A stretch of DNA of 46,998 nucleotides, taken from the NCBI GenBank assembly GCA_028290245.1, contig JAQGKG010000164.1:1-46998 (forward strand), in the 5' to 3' direction. Below are positions 10,449 through 19,409 of the stretch, piece by piece (position 1 is the stretch's first letter; every line of letters starts with the position of its first letter). A program made the position numbers and the translations under genes. The notes beneath the pieces were generated by a model. The model was not told the DNA's origin, ran no database searches, and saw only the letters and a list, made by a program, of their open reading frames with translations. Source of the DNA: Devosia sp. Its GTDB lineage: Bacteria > Pseudomonadota > Alphaproteobacteria > Rhizobiales > Devosiaceae.

Positions 10449-12184
10449 CCGCTCTGGCCGTTTCCCTTCCCGCTGCCAATAGTAACGAAGCCAGCATTCG
10501 CGCCCTTGGCGTTGCGCTAGCCGAGCCGCGCGAGCAGATCGAGACCACTTTCCTTGCAGTCGGCGGGCGCCTGTCCGAAGGCGCAGGTATGCTCAACAAG
10601 GTCACCAAGGTCTTCGAAGCCTTGCCCGCCGAATTGCAGAGCCCTGAGCTGCTCGAAGCCTCCACCCGCCTAGCCGATGTCGGCGCGCAGGCTCGCACCA
10701 TTGCGGAAATGTTCGCCACCGAGCAGGCCGATCTTGGCCGCCTGGTAGAAGTGGTCGCGGCTGCCTCGCACCCGATTTCCGAGCTGCGCCGCACCGTCAA
10801 GATGATGGGCATTGTCTCGATCAATGCCCGCGTCGTGGCCGCCAGCGTCGTCGGTGATGGCGAAGACTTCGACGTCTTTACCACCGATATAGCCAAGCTT
10901 TCCGAAACGGCCACCTCGACCATCCAGGCTTTCACCTCGGCCTACCGCCGTCTAACCGACGAGGTCGGCCAGGCGGCCCGCCAACGTGGTCAGTTCGAAA
11001 ATGCCCATGCGGATACGCTGGTAGAACTGGCTAAAGGCATGGACGAAGCCTTGGCCGATCTGGCCCGCCAACGTGCTGTATCGGTCGACAGCACAGCCGA
11101 AACCGGCCGTGTTTCGCGCCAAATTGTCGGTCGGATTGCCAGTGCCGTCATGGCCCTGCAGGTCGGCGACGCGACGCGCCAGCGCATCGAGCATGTCGAA
11201 AGCGGCATCGAAAGCCTGAGCGCCCAGATCGAAGCCGGGCTGATGACCGCCGACGATGCGGTCATGGCACGCGCAGCCATGGGTGGCCTCCAGGTCGCAC
11301 AATTGTCCTCCGCAGCCGATGCATTCGAGAGTGACGTTGCCGATGCTGGGGACGCCCTGCGCGACCTGGCCGCGGATGCCAGCGCCATCATGAGCCAAAG
11401 CCGCGCCGTCTACGGCAAGGGCGACGCCAAAACCTCGTCGCTGGCAACCCTGAGCGACGCCGTGCGCCATGCAGCCCTCGTGCTGCGCGATTGCGAAGCC
11501 GAACGCGGCAAGCTGGAAGTCGTCGCCACCGCCGTGCTTGGCACGGTCGGCGTGCTGCTCAGCCACGTCGAGGCGGTGCAGGAAATCGAGGCCAACATGC
11601 GCCTCGTCAGCCTCAACGCCGCCGTCAAATGCGCCCAGCTTGGGCCACGCGGCGCTGCGCTCAACGTCATTGCCCGCCAGCTCCGCGAATTGACCGGCGA
11701 AACCGTCGCTGCCGCCGAAGCTGCCATGACCGGGCTGCACAAGGCCGCCGGTCTTGCTCAATCGTTTGGCGCCGCTGCCAATGGCGACACCGCTGGTCGG
11801 GTCGGCCAACTAGAGCAGGAAGCCAGTGCCTCGCTGGTCTTACTGCAGCGCGTTGACAAGTCGCTAGCCGAGGCCCTGGGCACGCTCAATCGCGATGGCC
11901 CGAGCGTCATCAACCTGCTGGGTGCCGCGGCGCAAACCTTTGGCGGCCTCACCGACATTGCCGAAACCATGCGCGACCTGCAGTTCCAGCTCGCCGAGGA
12001 ATGCCCGGAGCACAACTCCGCCAAGCCGACCGGCGAAGTCGCAAACCTGCTGGCGGCGCATCGCAAGCGCTACACCATGGACGCCGAACGTCGCATCCAC
12101 GAGAAGATGTTCGGCGCCGACCTGTCGGCCCCGGTGGTCATGGAAGCAGCCGAAGAGGCCGATGCCGACGACATCTTCTTCTAG
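10445..12184 (+). CDS. Soluble MCP-like chemotaxis protein with two degenerate signalling hairpins and a CheZ-like motif
   Basis: No TM segment; [11 protein letters not shown] and [24 protein letters not shown] hairpin-tip-like motifs; [14 protein letters not shown]; [10 protein letters not shown]; acidic C-terminus DDIFF. Confidence 0.8.
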   Translation: MTALAVSLPAANSNEASIRALGVALAEPREQIETTFLAVGGRLSEGAGMLNKVTKVFEALPAELQSPELLEASTRLADVGAQARTIAEMFATEQADLGRLVEVVAAASHPISELRRTVKMMGIVSINARVVAASVVGDGEDFDVFTTDIAKLSETATSTIQAFTSAYRRLTDEVGQAARQRGQFENAHADTLVELAKGMDEALADLARQRAVSVDSTAETGRVSRQIVGRIASAVMALQVGDATRQRIEHVESGIESLSAQIEAGLMTADDAVMARAAMGGLQVAQLSSAADAFESDVADAGDALRDLAADASAIMSQSRAVYGKGDAKTSSLATLSDAVRHAALVLRDCEAERGKLEVVATAVLGTVGVLLSHVEAVQEIEANMRLVSLNAAVKCAQLGPRGAALNVIARQLRELTGETVAAAEAAMTGLHKAAGLAQSFGAAANGDTAGRVGQLEQEASASLVLLQRVDKSLAEALGTLNRDGPSVINLLGAAAQTFGGLTDIAETMRDLQFQLAEECPEHNSAKPTGEVANLLAAHRKRYTMDAERRIHEKMFGADLSAPVVMEAAEEADADDIFF

Positions 12185-13293
12185 CCCGTATAGGGCTTGA
12201 AGTGCTTGGACAGCTTTAGGGTCTGCGCCTGGTAATTTGAACCGAGCGCTGAGCCGTATAGCCGGTCGGGCGCCTCGGCTAGCCGCTCATAGATCAGCCG
12301 GCCGATGGTTTGCCCGTGCCCGAGCAGGAACGGCACTTCGCGGCTGCGTACTTCGAGCACCGCGCGGCTGCCTGTTCCACCGGCTGGTGAGTGGCCAAAG
12401 CCGGGATCGAAGAAGCCGGCATAATGCACGCGGAATTCGCCGACCAGCGGATCGAACGGCACCATTTCGGCGGCATGGGTTGGCGGCACATGCACCGCCT
12501 CGTCACTGACCAGGATGTAAAATTCATCGGGGTCGAGGATCAGCTCCTCGCGGCCGCGCTTGAACAGCGGATCCCAGAAGTCCAGCACCTCGAGCGCCGC
12601 CTTCTTGTCGACGTCCACCACGGCGCTGTGGCGGCGCGAGCGAAATCCGATTAGCCCGTTTCGGTCGTCGCCCTTGAGGTCGATCGACAGCGCCACGCCT
12701 TCCCCGACCGGCACGTCGTTTTTGAACACCAGCGTGTCACTCGAATGCAGCGCCTGATGCTCGGCAACGGTCAGCCGGTTGTCGCCAGAGCGGAACCGCA
12801 TCTGGCTCAGGCGTGAACCCGTGCGCACGAGGATCGGGAAAGTGCGCGGGCTGACTTCGAGATACAGTGGGCCCTTGTAGCCATAGGGCATCTGATCGAA
12901 CCCGCGCGCGCGATCGCCAATGACGCGGGTAAACACATCCAGCCGCCCGGTCGAGCTCTTGGGATTGGCCGATGCGCTGACCGCGTCCGGCAGGTCGAGG
13001 CTTTCCTGCAACGGCACGAGATAGACGCAACCGCGCTCCAGCACCGCGCCATGCTTGAGATCGATTTCATGCAGCTTGAGCGCTTGGATGCGTTCGGCAA
13101 CCGAATGGCTCGGCCCCGGCAGGAAGCTCGAGCGCACGCGGAAGGCCACGTCGCCGAGGCGCAGGTCGAGGCTGGCCGGCTGTACCTGGTCTGCATCGAA
13201 TGGCCGTCCGGCGGTGATGGAGCCCTGCTTGTGGAGCATCTCGATCAGCCGTGCCGGGAACACGCCCTGAGGCCAGCTCTGTTGCTTGTCCAT
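12181..13293 (-). CDS. dcd: 2'-deoxycytidine 5'-triphosphate deaminase (long alphaproteobacterial type)
   Basis: QPASLDLRLG, ANPKSSTGRLDVFTR, HYAGFFDPGFG, VLEVR, SNYQAQ. Confidence 0.93.
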   Translation of the reverse strand: MDKQQSWPQGVFPARLIEMLHKQGSITAGRPFDADQVQPASLDLRLGDVAFRVRSSFLPGPSHSVAERIQALKLHEIDLKHGAVLERGCVYLVPLQESLDLPDAVSASANPKSSTGRLDVFTRVIGDRARGFDQMPYGYKGPLYLEVSPRTFPILVRTGSRLSQMRFRSGDNRLTVAEHQALHSSDTLVFKNDVPVGEGVALSIDLKGDDRNGLIGFRSRRHSAVVDVDKKAALEVLDFWDPLFKRGREELILDPDEFYILVSDEAVHVPPTHAAEMVPFDPLVGEFRVHYAGFFDPGFGHSPAGGTGSRAVLEVRSREVPFLLGHGQTIGRLIYERLAEAPDRLYGSALGSNYQAQTLKLSKHFKPYTG

Positions 13294-13369
13294 GCTGTCG
13301 CGTTCCCCGGCTGTCGCTGCTTTTCCCTAGCGGCAATTGACGCCTGCTGGCAATTGGCCTTACATCGAA

Positions 13370-13426
13370 GTCCAGTGGTGATTTGGCCGGTCGCTTGCAG
13401 CCACTCTAAACAAATTGCTAAAGACC
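13370..13426 (+). ncRNA. SAM-II (SAM-alpha) riboswitch
   Basis: GTGGTGATTTG-GCCGGTCG-CTTGCAGCCAC-TCTAAACAAATTGCTAAAG fits the SAM-alpha pseudoknot pattern; lies in the metZ leader, after a TTGACG -35 at 13337. Confidence 0.9.
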
Positions 13427-13433
13427 GTTATGG

Positions 13434-13467
13434 AACCGGCCGCCACACGCGTGCCGGTTTTTTGTTT
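13434..13467 (+). terminator. Terminator/attenuator hairpin between riboswitch and metZ
   Basis: AACCGGC-CGC / CACAC / GCG-T-GCCGGTT followed by TTTTGTTT. Confidence 0.7.
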
Positions 13468-13480
13468 GAAGGCGTTGCCC

Positions 13481-14689
13481 ATGTCCCGCGATAACAACCC
13501 TCTCCTCGATCCCACCAAGCTCGGCGCCGCGACCCAAATGGTGCATGGCGGCGGCAAGCGCTCGCCATTCAACGAGACCAGTGAGGCGATTTTCCTCAAT
13601 TCGGGCTATTCATACCCAAGCTCGGAACATGCCGAGGAGCTGTTCCTGGGCAAGATACCGGGCGCTCACAATTATTCCCGTTTTGCCAATCCGACCGTCG
13701 ACATGTTCCAGGAGCGTATGGCGCTGATCGAAGGCGCCGAAGCCGGTCGGGCTTTCGCATCGGGAATGGCCGCTGTGACCAATGCAATCATGAGCCAGGT
13801 GCGCGCCGGCGATCACATCGTCGCTGCCAAGGCACTGTTCGGCGGCTGCCGCTATGTGGTGGAAGACTACGCGCCGCGCTTCGGCGTGGAATCGACGCTG
13901 GTCGATGGCCGCGATCCCGCGAATTTCGCCCGCGCCATGCGCCCCAATACCAAGGTCGTGTTCATCGAAACGCCGACCAATCCGACGCTGGAACTGGTCG
14001 ACATTGCCGCCGTCGCCGCGATCGCCCATGCCCATGGTGCCAAGCTGATCGTCGACAACGTGTTCTCGACGGCGCTGTATCAGAAGCCGCTGCAGCTCGG
14101 CGCCGATCTGGTGACCTATTCGGCCACCAAGCATATCGACGGGCAGGGCAGGGTGCTCGGCGGCATCGTGCTCGGCTCAAAGGCGCTGATCGAGGGCGAG
14201 GTGCACACTTTCCTGCGCCAGACCGGCGCGACGCTGAGCGCCTTCAACGCCTGGGTGCTGCTCAAGGGGCTTGAGACCTACGAGTTGCGCATCCGCCAGA
14301 TGACCGATAGTGCCGAGAAAGTCACCGAAGCTTTGGCAGGTCACCCCAAGGTCAGTCGCGTCATCTATCCGCACCATCCAAGCCATCCACAATATGAGCT
14401 GGCCAAGCGCCAGATGACGCGCGGCTCGACGCTGCTGGCGATCGAACTGAAGGGCGGCCAGGAAGCGGCTTTCACCCTGTCGGACAGCTTGGCGGTGATC
14501 CTCATTTCCAACAATCTGGGCGATGCGAAGTCGCTGATCACCCACCCGCGCACGACTACGCATGCACGCCTGACCGAAGAAGTGCGTCTGGAAACGGGCG
14601 TCACGCCGGGCTTGTTGCGGCTGTCGGTTGGGCTGGAGTCGAGCGACGATCTAATTGCAGACCTAATGTATGGGCTGGATCAGGTATAG
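13481..14689 (+). CDS. metZ: O-succinylhomoserine sulfhydrylase
   Basis: PLP trans-sulfuration motifs YSRFANPTV, FASGMAAV, ETPTNP, YSATKHIDGQGRVLGG, ISNNLGDAKSLITHP; SAM riboswitch upstream. Confidence 0.92.
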   Translation: MSRDNNPLLDPTKLGAATQMVHGGGKRSPFNETSEAIFLNSGYSYPSSEHAEELFLGKIPGAHNYSRFANPTVDMFQERMALIEGAEAGRAFASGMAAVTNAIMSQVRAGDHIVAAKALFGGCRYVVEDYAPRFGVESTLVDGRDPANFARAMRPNTKVVFIETPTNPTLELVDIAAVAAIAHAHGAKLIVDNVFSTALYQKPLQLGADLVTYSATKHIDGQGRVLGGIVLGSKALIEGEVHTFLRQTGATLSAFNAWVLLKGLETYELRIRQMTDSAEKVTEALAGHPKVSRVIYPHHPSHPQYELAKRQMTRGSTLLAIELKGGQEAAFTLSDSLAVILISNNLGDAKSLITHPRTTTHARLTEEVRLETGVTPGLLRLSVGLESSDDLIADLMYGLDQV

Positions 14690-14696
14690 TGCCGAA

Positions 14697-15638
14697 ATGG
14701 ATACTTTGCTCGTGACGCACCCCCACCCAGCCTCCCCCGTCGAGGGGGAGGTGCCGTTCCGTGGCCGTGGCACTATCCAGTCAAATCAGCAGGGTCGTAC
14801 CTCCCCCCCGACGGGGGAGGCTAGGTGGGGGTGGCGGTTGGGCGCAATGCTGCTGCTTGCGGCGCTGTCCGTGCCCGCCTTCGCCCAGACGTTGCCTTAT
14901 CACTCCGACCCTAGCGCCCGCGAAGTGCTGCCCAGCGCCAATGCTGTCCCAGCGATCCGCTTCCTGACCACGGCAGATTTCCCGCCCTTCAACTTCCGCG
15001 ATAGCAGCGGCGAGTTGATCGGCTTTAATGTCGATCTCGCCAAGCGGATCTGCGCCGAAGTCAATGTGGCCTGCACCATCCAGGCGTGGCCGTGGGAACA
15101 GGCCACCAATGCCCTCAGCGATAGTCAGGGAGATGCGCTGATCGCCGGGCTAGCCATGTCGGACGAGACCGGGGCGAACTTTGATTTTTCCTCGACCTAC
15201 CTGGCCTTGCCCGGCCGCTTCGTCACCCGCGCGCCTGATATCAGCGTTTTCGACGCCACAAATCTCAGGGGCAAGTCAGTCGCCGTGCGCGCCGGCAGCA
15301 CGCATGAGGCGTTCCTCAAGCGCTACCTGCCGGAAGCCACTATCGTGCTCTTCGACAGCGAGATCGAAGGATTAGTCGCCATGCGCGACGGCAACGCCGA
15401 CAGCTTCTTCGGCGACGCCATGCGGGCGTCGTTCTGGCTCAACGAAAATCTCGATTGCTGCGGCTTTGCCGGCGAGCCCTACTTCCGGCCGCAGCTGTTC
15501 GGCGAAGGCCTTGCCGTCGCGGTTCCCGCCGGCAAGGACGCCATCCGTCACGCTATTGACTGGGCGCTGGTGCGGCTTAAGGACAACGGCGCGCTGGCCG
15601 AGCTTTATCTTCGCTGGTTCCCGGTCGGGTTTTACTAG
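14697..15638 (+). CDS. Periplasmic substrate-binding protein, family 3 (amino-acid type)
   Basis: DFPPFNFRDSSGELIGFNVDLAKRIC, signal peptide ending PAFA. Start uncertain (ATG 14697, TTG 14838 or ATG 14847) because of the palindrome. Confidence 0.85.
   Translation: MDTLLVTHPHPASPVEGEVPFRGRGTIQSNQQGRTSPPTGEARWGWRLGAMLLLAALSVPAFAQTLPYHSDPSAREVLPSANAVPAIRFLTTADFPPFNFRDSSGELIGFNVDLAKRICAEVNVACTIQAWPWEQATNALSDSQGDALIAGLAMSDETGANFDFSSTYLALPGRFVTRAPDISVFDATNLRGKSVAVRAGSTHEAFLKRYLPEATIVLFDSEIEGLVAMRDGNADSFFGDAMRASFWLNENLDCCGFAGEPYFRPQLFGEGLAVAVPAGKDAIRHAIDWALVRLKDNGALAELYLRWFPVGFY
14718..14833. repeat. 116 bp nested palindromic element (REP/RIME/REPIN-like)
   Basis: 35 bp terminal inverted repeats (33/35 match): CACCCCCACCCAGCCTCCCCCGTCGAGGGGGAGGT ... 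ACCTCCCCCCCGACGGGGGAGGCTAGGTGGGGGTG; each arm holds its own CCTCCCCC-N5-GGGGGAGG hairpin. Confidence 0.85.
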
Positions 15639-16051
15639 GCCGCGGGCACACGCCGGTGCCGCGCCCGCGCTGCAGTTTCGATGGCAGCGGTGGTCAAGCG
15701 ATCGAGGTCCAGCTTGTCACGCAGCAGTTCCAAAAAGCGTAGCTCTTCCTGCTCGAGATGCAGATCGACCGAGGTGATCTCGACCGCCACCGCATAAGCA
15801 GTGTCCTGCAACTTCTTGGGCAAGGCCGCGATGGCGTCGTCCATCACCTGGTCCAATCCGCCTGCACCATTGAGCTTGTCGGCACAGCTATTGGCCACAG
15901 CCGCAAAGCGATTGCCATCGAAGCCCTCGAACACCGGCAGGCGGCCGATCAGCGCCTGAATCCGCACCAGTTCCTTTTCCGTCATGCTGCTGTCGGACGA
16001 GGCGGCGAGGATCATCAGGTGGATCAGGGCATCATGGGCGGTATTGGGCAT
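15635..16051 (-). CDS. TerB-family protein
   Basis: AASSDSSMTEKEL and TAYAVAVEITSVDLHLEQEELRFL are TerB-like metal-binding helical motifs. Confidence 0.8.
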   Translation of the reverse strand: MPNTAHDALIHLMILAASSDSSMTEKELVRIQALIGRLPVFEGFDGNRFAAVANSCADKLNGAGGLDQVMDDAIAALPKKLQDTAYAVAVEITSVDLHLEQEELRFLELLRDKLDLDRLTTAAIETAARARHRRVPAA

Positions 16052-16184
16052 CAGGCGTTCCTGTTCTATCTTTGCTCCGATAGCTAGGCGAGCCATGCGG
16101 CCTTGGCAAGGCAGCGCAAAAAGTTGACGCGACGCTTAGGGGATGTAACACACCCATTCTCCCGTTCCCGAAAGGCTTGAGCCC

Positions 16185-17828
16185 TTGTCGCCTGCACCTT
16201 TGCCCGTTCTCGACCCAGCTTTTTTCGACGCTGCCCAGACTGCCCGCGCCTGGCCGTTTGAGGAAGCGCGCAAACTGGTCAAGCGGCTGGAAAAGTCCGG
16301 CAAGCAGGAAGCGCTGTTCGAGACTGGCTATGGTCCGTCCGGCCTGCCGCACATCGGCACTTTCGGCGAAGTGGCCCGCACCACCATGGTGCGCACGGCC
16401 TTCCGCCTGCTGACTCGCGACGCGATTCCGACACGGCTGATCTGTTTTTCCGACGATCTCGACGGCATGCGCAAGATTCCGGAAAATGTGCCCTCCAAGG
16501 AGGCGATGGAGCCGCATCTGCAGAAGCCGCTGACCTCGGTGCCGGATCCCTGGACCAACGAATATCCGAGCTTTGGCGACCACAACAATGCCATGCTGCG
16601 TCGTTTCCTCGACACCTTCGGCTTCGACTACGAATTCATCAGCGCAACCGATTACTACAAGTCGGGCAAGTTCGACGCGGTGCTGATGCGCGCCGCCGAG
16701 CGCTATGACGACATCATGAAGGTGATGCTCCCTTCGCTGGGCGCCGAGCGTCAGGCGACCTATTCGCCGTTCCTGCCGATTTCACCGATTTCCGGCCGCG
16801 TGCTCTACGTGCCGATGAAGGAAGTGAACGCCAAGGACGGCACGATCACCTTTGCCGACGAAGATGGCCGCGACACCACCGTTCCGGTCACCGGCGGTCA
16901 TGTGAAGATGCAGTGGAAGCCCGATTTCGGCATGCGCTGGGCAGCGCTGGGCGTCGATTTCGAAATGTTTGGCAAGGACCACCAGACCAACGCGCCGATC
17001 TACGACAAAATTTGCGAAATCCTCGGTGGCAAGGCGCCCGAGCACTACGTCTATGAGCTGTTCCTCGACAGCGAGGGCCAGAAGATTTCCAAGTCCAAGG
17101 GCAATGGCCTGACCATCGACGAATGGCTGACCTATGCCGGCAACGAGAGCCTGGGGCTCTACATGTTCCAGAAGCCGCGCACCGCCAAGCGGCTGCATTT
17201 CGACGTCATCCCGCGCGCGGTGGATGAATATTACAGCTTTGTTGCGGCCTACGACCGCCAGACCATCGCCGAGCGGGTCGAGAATCCGGTGTTCCATGTG
17301 CATTTCAGCAATGTGCCGAAGGTCGACATGCCGGTCACTTTCGCTCTGCTGTTAAATCTGGCCACAGCCTCGAACCCGGAAACCCCTGAAGTGATGTGGG
17401 GCTATATTTCGGCTTATGTGCCGGGTGTATCACCGCAGACCCATCCGCATCTGGATGCCTTGGTAAACTATGCCATCCGCTACTTCCGCGACTTTGTGCA
17501 AAAGACCTATCGCGCGCCCGACGACGTCGAGCGCGCTGCGCTCGATGCGCTTTCTACGTCCTTTGCCACACTACCGGCTGATGCCAGCAACGAAACGATC
17601 CAGAACACGGCGCTCGACGTTGCGCGCACTATCGAACGATATCAGGACCATACCAAGAAGAGCCCTACCGGCGGTCCGGGCGTATCCGGCGAGTTCTTCC
17701 AGATGCTGTATCAGGTGTTGATCGGGCAAGAGCGCGGTCCACGCTTCGGCTCATTTGCCGCGCTATATGGTGTCGACAATACTCGCGAGCTGATCGCCAG
17801 GGCGCTTGCCGGCAAGTTCCTGAACTAA
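16185..17828 (+). CDS. lysS: Class I lysine--tRNA ligase
   Basis: [16 protein letters not shown] (HIGH), KISKSKGNG (KMSKS), [11 protein letters not shown]. Confidence 0.96.
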   Translation: MSPAPLPVLDPAFFDAAQTARAWPFEEARKLVKRLEKSGKQEALFETGYGPSGLPHIGTFGEVARTTMVRTAFRLLTRDAIPTRLICFSDDLDGMRKIPENVPSKEAMEPHLQKPLTSVPDPWTNEYPSFGDHNNAMLRRFLDTFGFDYEFISATDYYKSGKFDAVLMRAAERYDDIMKVMLPSLGAERQATYSPFLPISPISGRVLYVPMKEVNAKDGTITFADEDGRDTTVPVTGGHVKMQWKPDFGMRWAALGVDFEMFGKDHQTNAPIYDKICEILGGKAPEHYVYELFLDSEGQKISKSKGNGLTIDEWLTYAGNESLGLYMFQKPRTAKRLHFDVIPRAVDEYYSFVAAYDRQTIAERVENPVFHVHFSNVPKVDMPVTFALLLNLATASNPETPEVMWGYISAYVPGVSPQTHPHLDALVNYAIRYFRDFVQKTYRAPDDVERAALDALSTSFATLPADASNETIQNTALDVARTIERYQDHTKKSPTGGPGVSGEFFQMLYQVLIGQERGPRFGSFAALYGVDNTRELIARALAGKFLN

Positions 17829-17844
17829 GCGCAATGGAGGCAGC

Positions 17845-18240
17845 ATGCACGGCGGTTCTTGCGCCTGTGAAGCGGTGGTTTTCAAAGTGACCGGTGGCCT
17901 TCCTGCCGCATCGGCCTGCCACTGCTCTAAATGCCGTAAGCATACCGGCCATTTCGAGGCCGGTGTGGACGTCGCCAAGTCTAACGTCAGCATCACAGGT
18001 GAAGGCTCGATCACCTGGTACTATTCTTCGGAAAAGGTGCGCCGCGGCTTTTGCAGGATATGCGGGACGCCATTGTTCTTTGACCCGCCAGAGGCGGATT
18101 GGATCGGTATTAACCTCGGTGCTTTCGACAAGCCGACGGGTACCAAGCTGGCCTTGCACATTTTCGTAGCAGACAAGGGTGACTACTACGACATTGCCGA
18201 CGGCCTGCCGCAGTACAACACGGTGCCGGTAGCAGAGTAA
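17845..18240 (+). CDS. GFA/CENP-V family zinc-binding protein
   Basis: GSCAC, CHCSKCRK, RGFCRICGTPLF, HIFVADK; GGAGG RBS. Confidence 0.9.
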   Translation: MHGGSCACEAVVFKVTGGLPAASACHCSKCRKHTGHFEAGVDVAKSNVSITGEGSITWYYSSEKVRRGFCRICGTPLFFDPPEADWIGINLGAFDKPTGTKLALHIFVADKGDYYDIADGLPQYNTVPVAE

Positions 18241-18282
18241 AGCGGCCGACGATGGCCCCGACGCCGATCCGATCCGGCAGGC

Positions 18283-18924
18283 TTACTGGCTCGCCCAGAT
18301 GATCCGCGCCACCCATTCGACATCGGCTAGATCGAGGATGCGCGGCGCAAACGCTGGGTTGATCGAGTGCAGTTCGATCTGCTTGCCGGTTTGGCGATGC
18401 AGGATCTTGGCCATGACCTCGCCGTCGTTGGTCTTGACCACGACGCGGTCGCCGCGGCGCACCTGCTCGGTGGGTGAAACCACGATGCGGTCGCCTTCGC
18501 GATACAGTGGCTCCATGGAGTCGCCCTGCACTTCGAGGGCATATATGCCGCCTTCACCGGGCGCGGGCAGGGCGATCTCGTCCCAGCCTTGACCGGCGGG
18601 AAAGCCGGCGCTGTCGAAGAAACCACCGGTACCGGCCTGTGCGAGACCCAGCAGTGGCACGCTGCGACTGGGTTGGTTGTCGTTGAACTGTAGATAAGCA
18701 CCCGTGCCTGCAATGAACACATCAAAGCTCTCGCTGGTGGCTTCGAGGACCTTGGCAATGCTTTCAGTGGATGGCCAGCGCTCTCGTCCGTCCTTGCTGA
18801 CGCGCTTGGACACGTTGAAAGCGGTCGCGTCGAGCCCGGCCAGCTTGGCAAGCGCCGACACCGATAGACCATGCCGGCGCGCAAGTGCGTCGATCCCTTC
18901 CCAAACAGCGCGGTGTGACAGCAT
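18283..18924 (-). CDS. HTH transcriptional regulator with S24 (LexA/CI-like) peptidase domain
   Basis: N-terminal HTH ending RWPSTESIAK, AQAG putative cleavage site, GDSMEP catalytic Ser, VMAK catalytic Lys. Confidence 0.9.
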   Translation of the reverse strand: MLSHRAVWEGIDALARRHGLSVSALAKLAGLDATAFNVSKRVSKDGRERWPSTESIAKVLEATSESFDVFIAGTGAYLQFNDNQPSRSVPLLGLAQAGTGGFFDSAGFPAGQGWDEIALPAPGEGGIYALEVQGDSMEPLYREGDRIVVSPTEQVRRGDRVVVKTNDGEVMAKILHRQTGKQIELHSINPAFAPRILDLADVEWVARIIWASQ

Positions 18925-19052
18925 GGCAGAACCCGAAGGAGGAAATGTATCTTATGTGCGGAATTAAGTCCTATTCCTAAACTTGTATCTTCGGCTTGTA
19001 AAGCCCCGTGTCGCGCTTGCAGGCGCTTCCCGCCCCTATTAGGTTCGCGCGC

Positions 19053-19409
19053 ATGAGCACCCCAGAATTCGTCTACAAAATTGCCACCGAAGCCGTTTAC
19101 GCGCTGGCCCGAAGTGTTTCCCATTTCGCGGGCATGCCTATCGATGCCGCTGACGGATATTTGCATTTCTCGACCGCAGAACAGTTGGGCGAAACGCTGC
19201 GGCTACACTTCGCGGGTCAGGACGACGTGGTCCTCCTAGCAATACGCACTGCCGATCTGGGTGATGAACTTGTCTGGGAGCCATCCCGCGGTGGCGCGCT
19301 GTTTCCTCATCTTTACGGCGGCTCGCTTCCGACCAGTTCCATCGCCTGGGAGGCGCCGCTCAACGTTGCGGCCGATGGATCGTGCACGTTGCCCGAGGCC
19401 GTCCGATGA
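19053..19409 (+). CDS. DUF952 family protein
   Basis: VYKI, DAADGYLHFST, WEPSRGGALFPHLYG; ATGA-coupled to pyrD. Confidence 0.88.
   Translation: MSTPEFVYKIATEAVYALARSVSHFAGMPIDAADGYLHFSTAEQLGETLRLHFAGQDDVVLLAIRTADLGDELVWEPSRGGALFPHLYGGSLPTSSIAWEAPLNVAADGSCTLPEAVR

Noticed and set aside
15635-16051. TerB gene as part of a ter or anti-phage system
   Set aside because: Single gene among housekeeping genes with no other ter or defence components.
18283-18924. S24 repressor as a prophage marker
   Set aside because: No integrase, structural or replication genes nearby; flanked by core genes.
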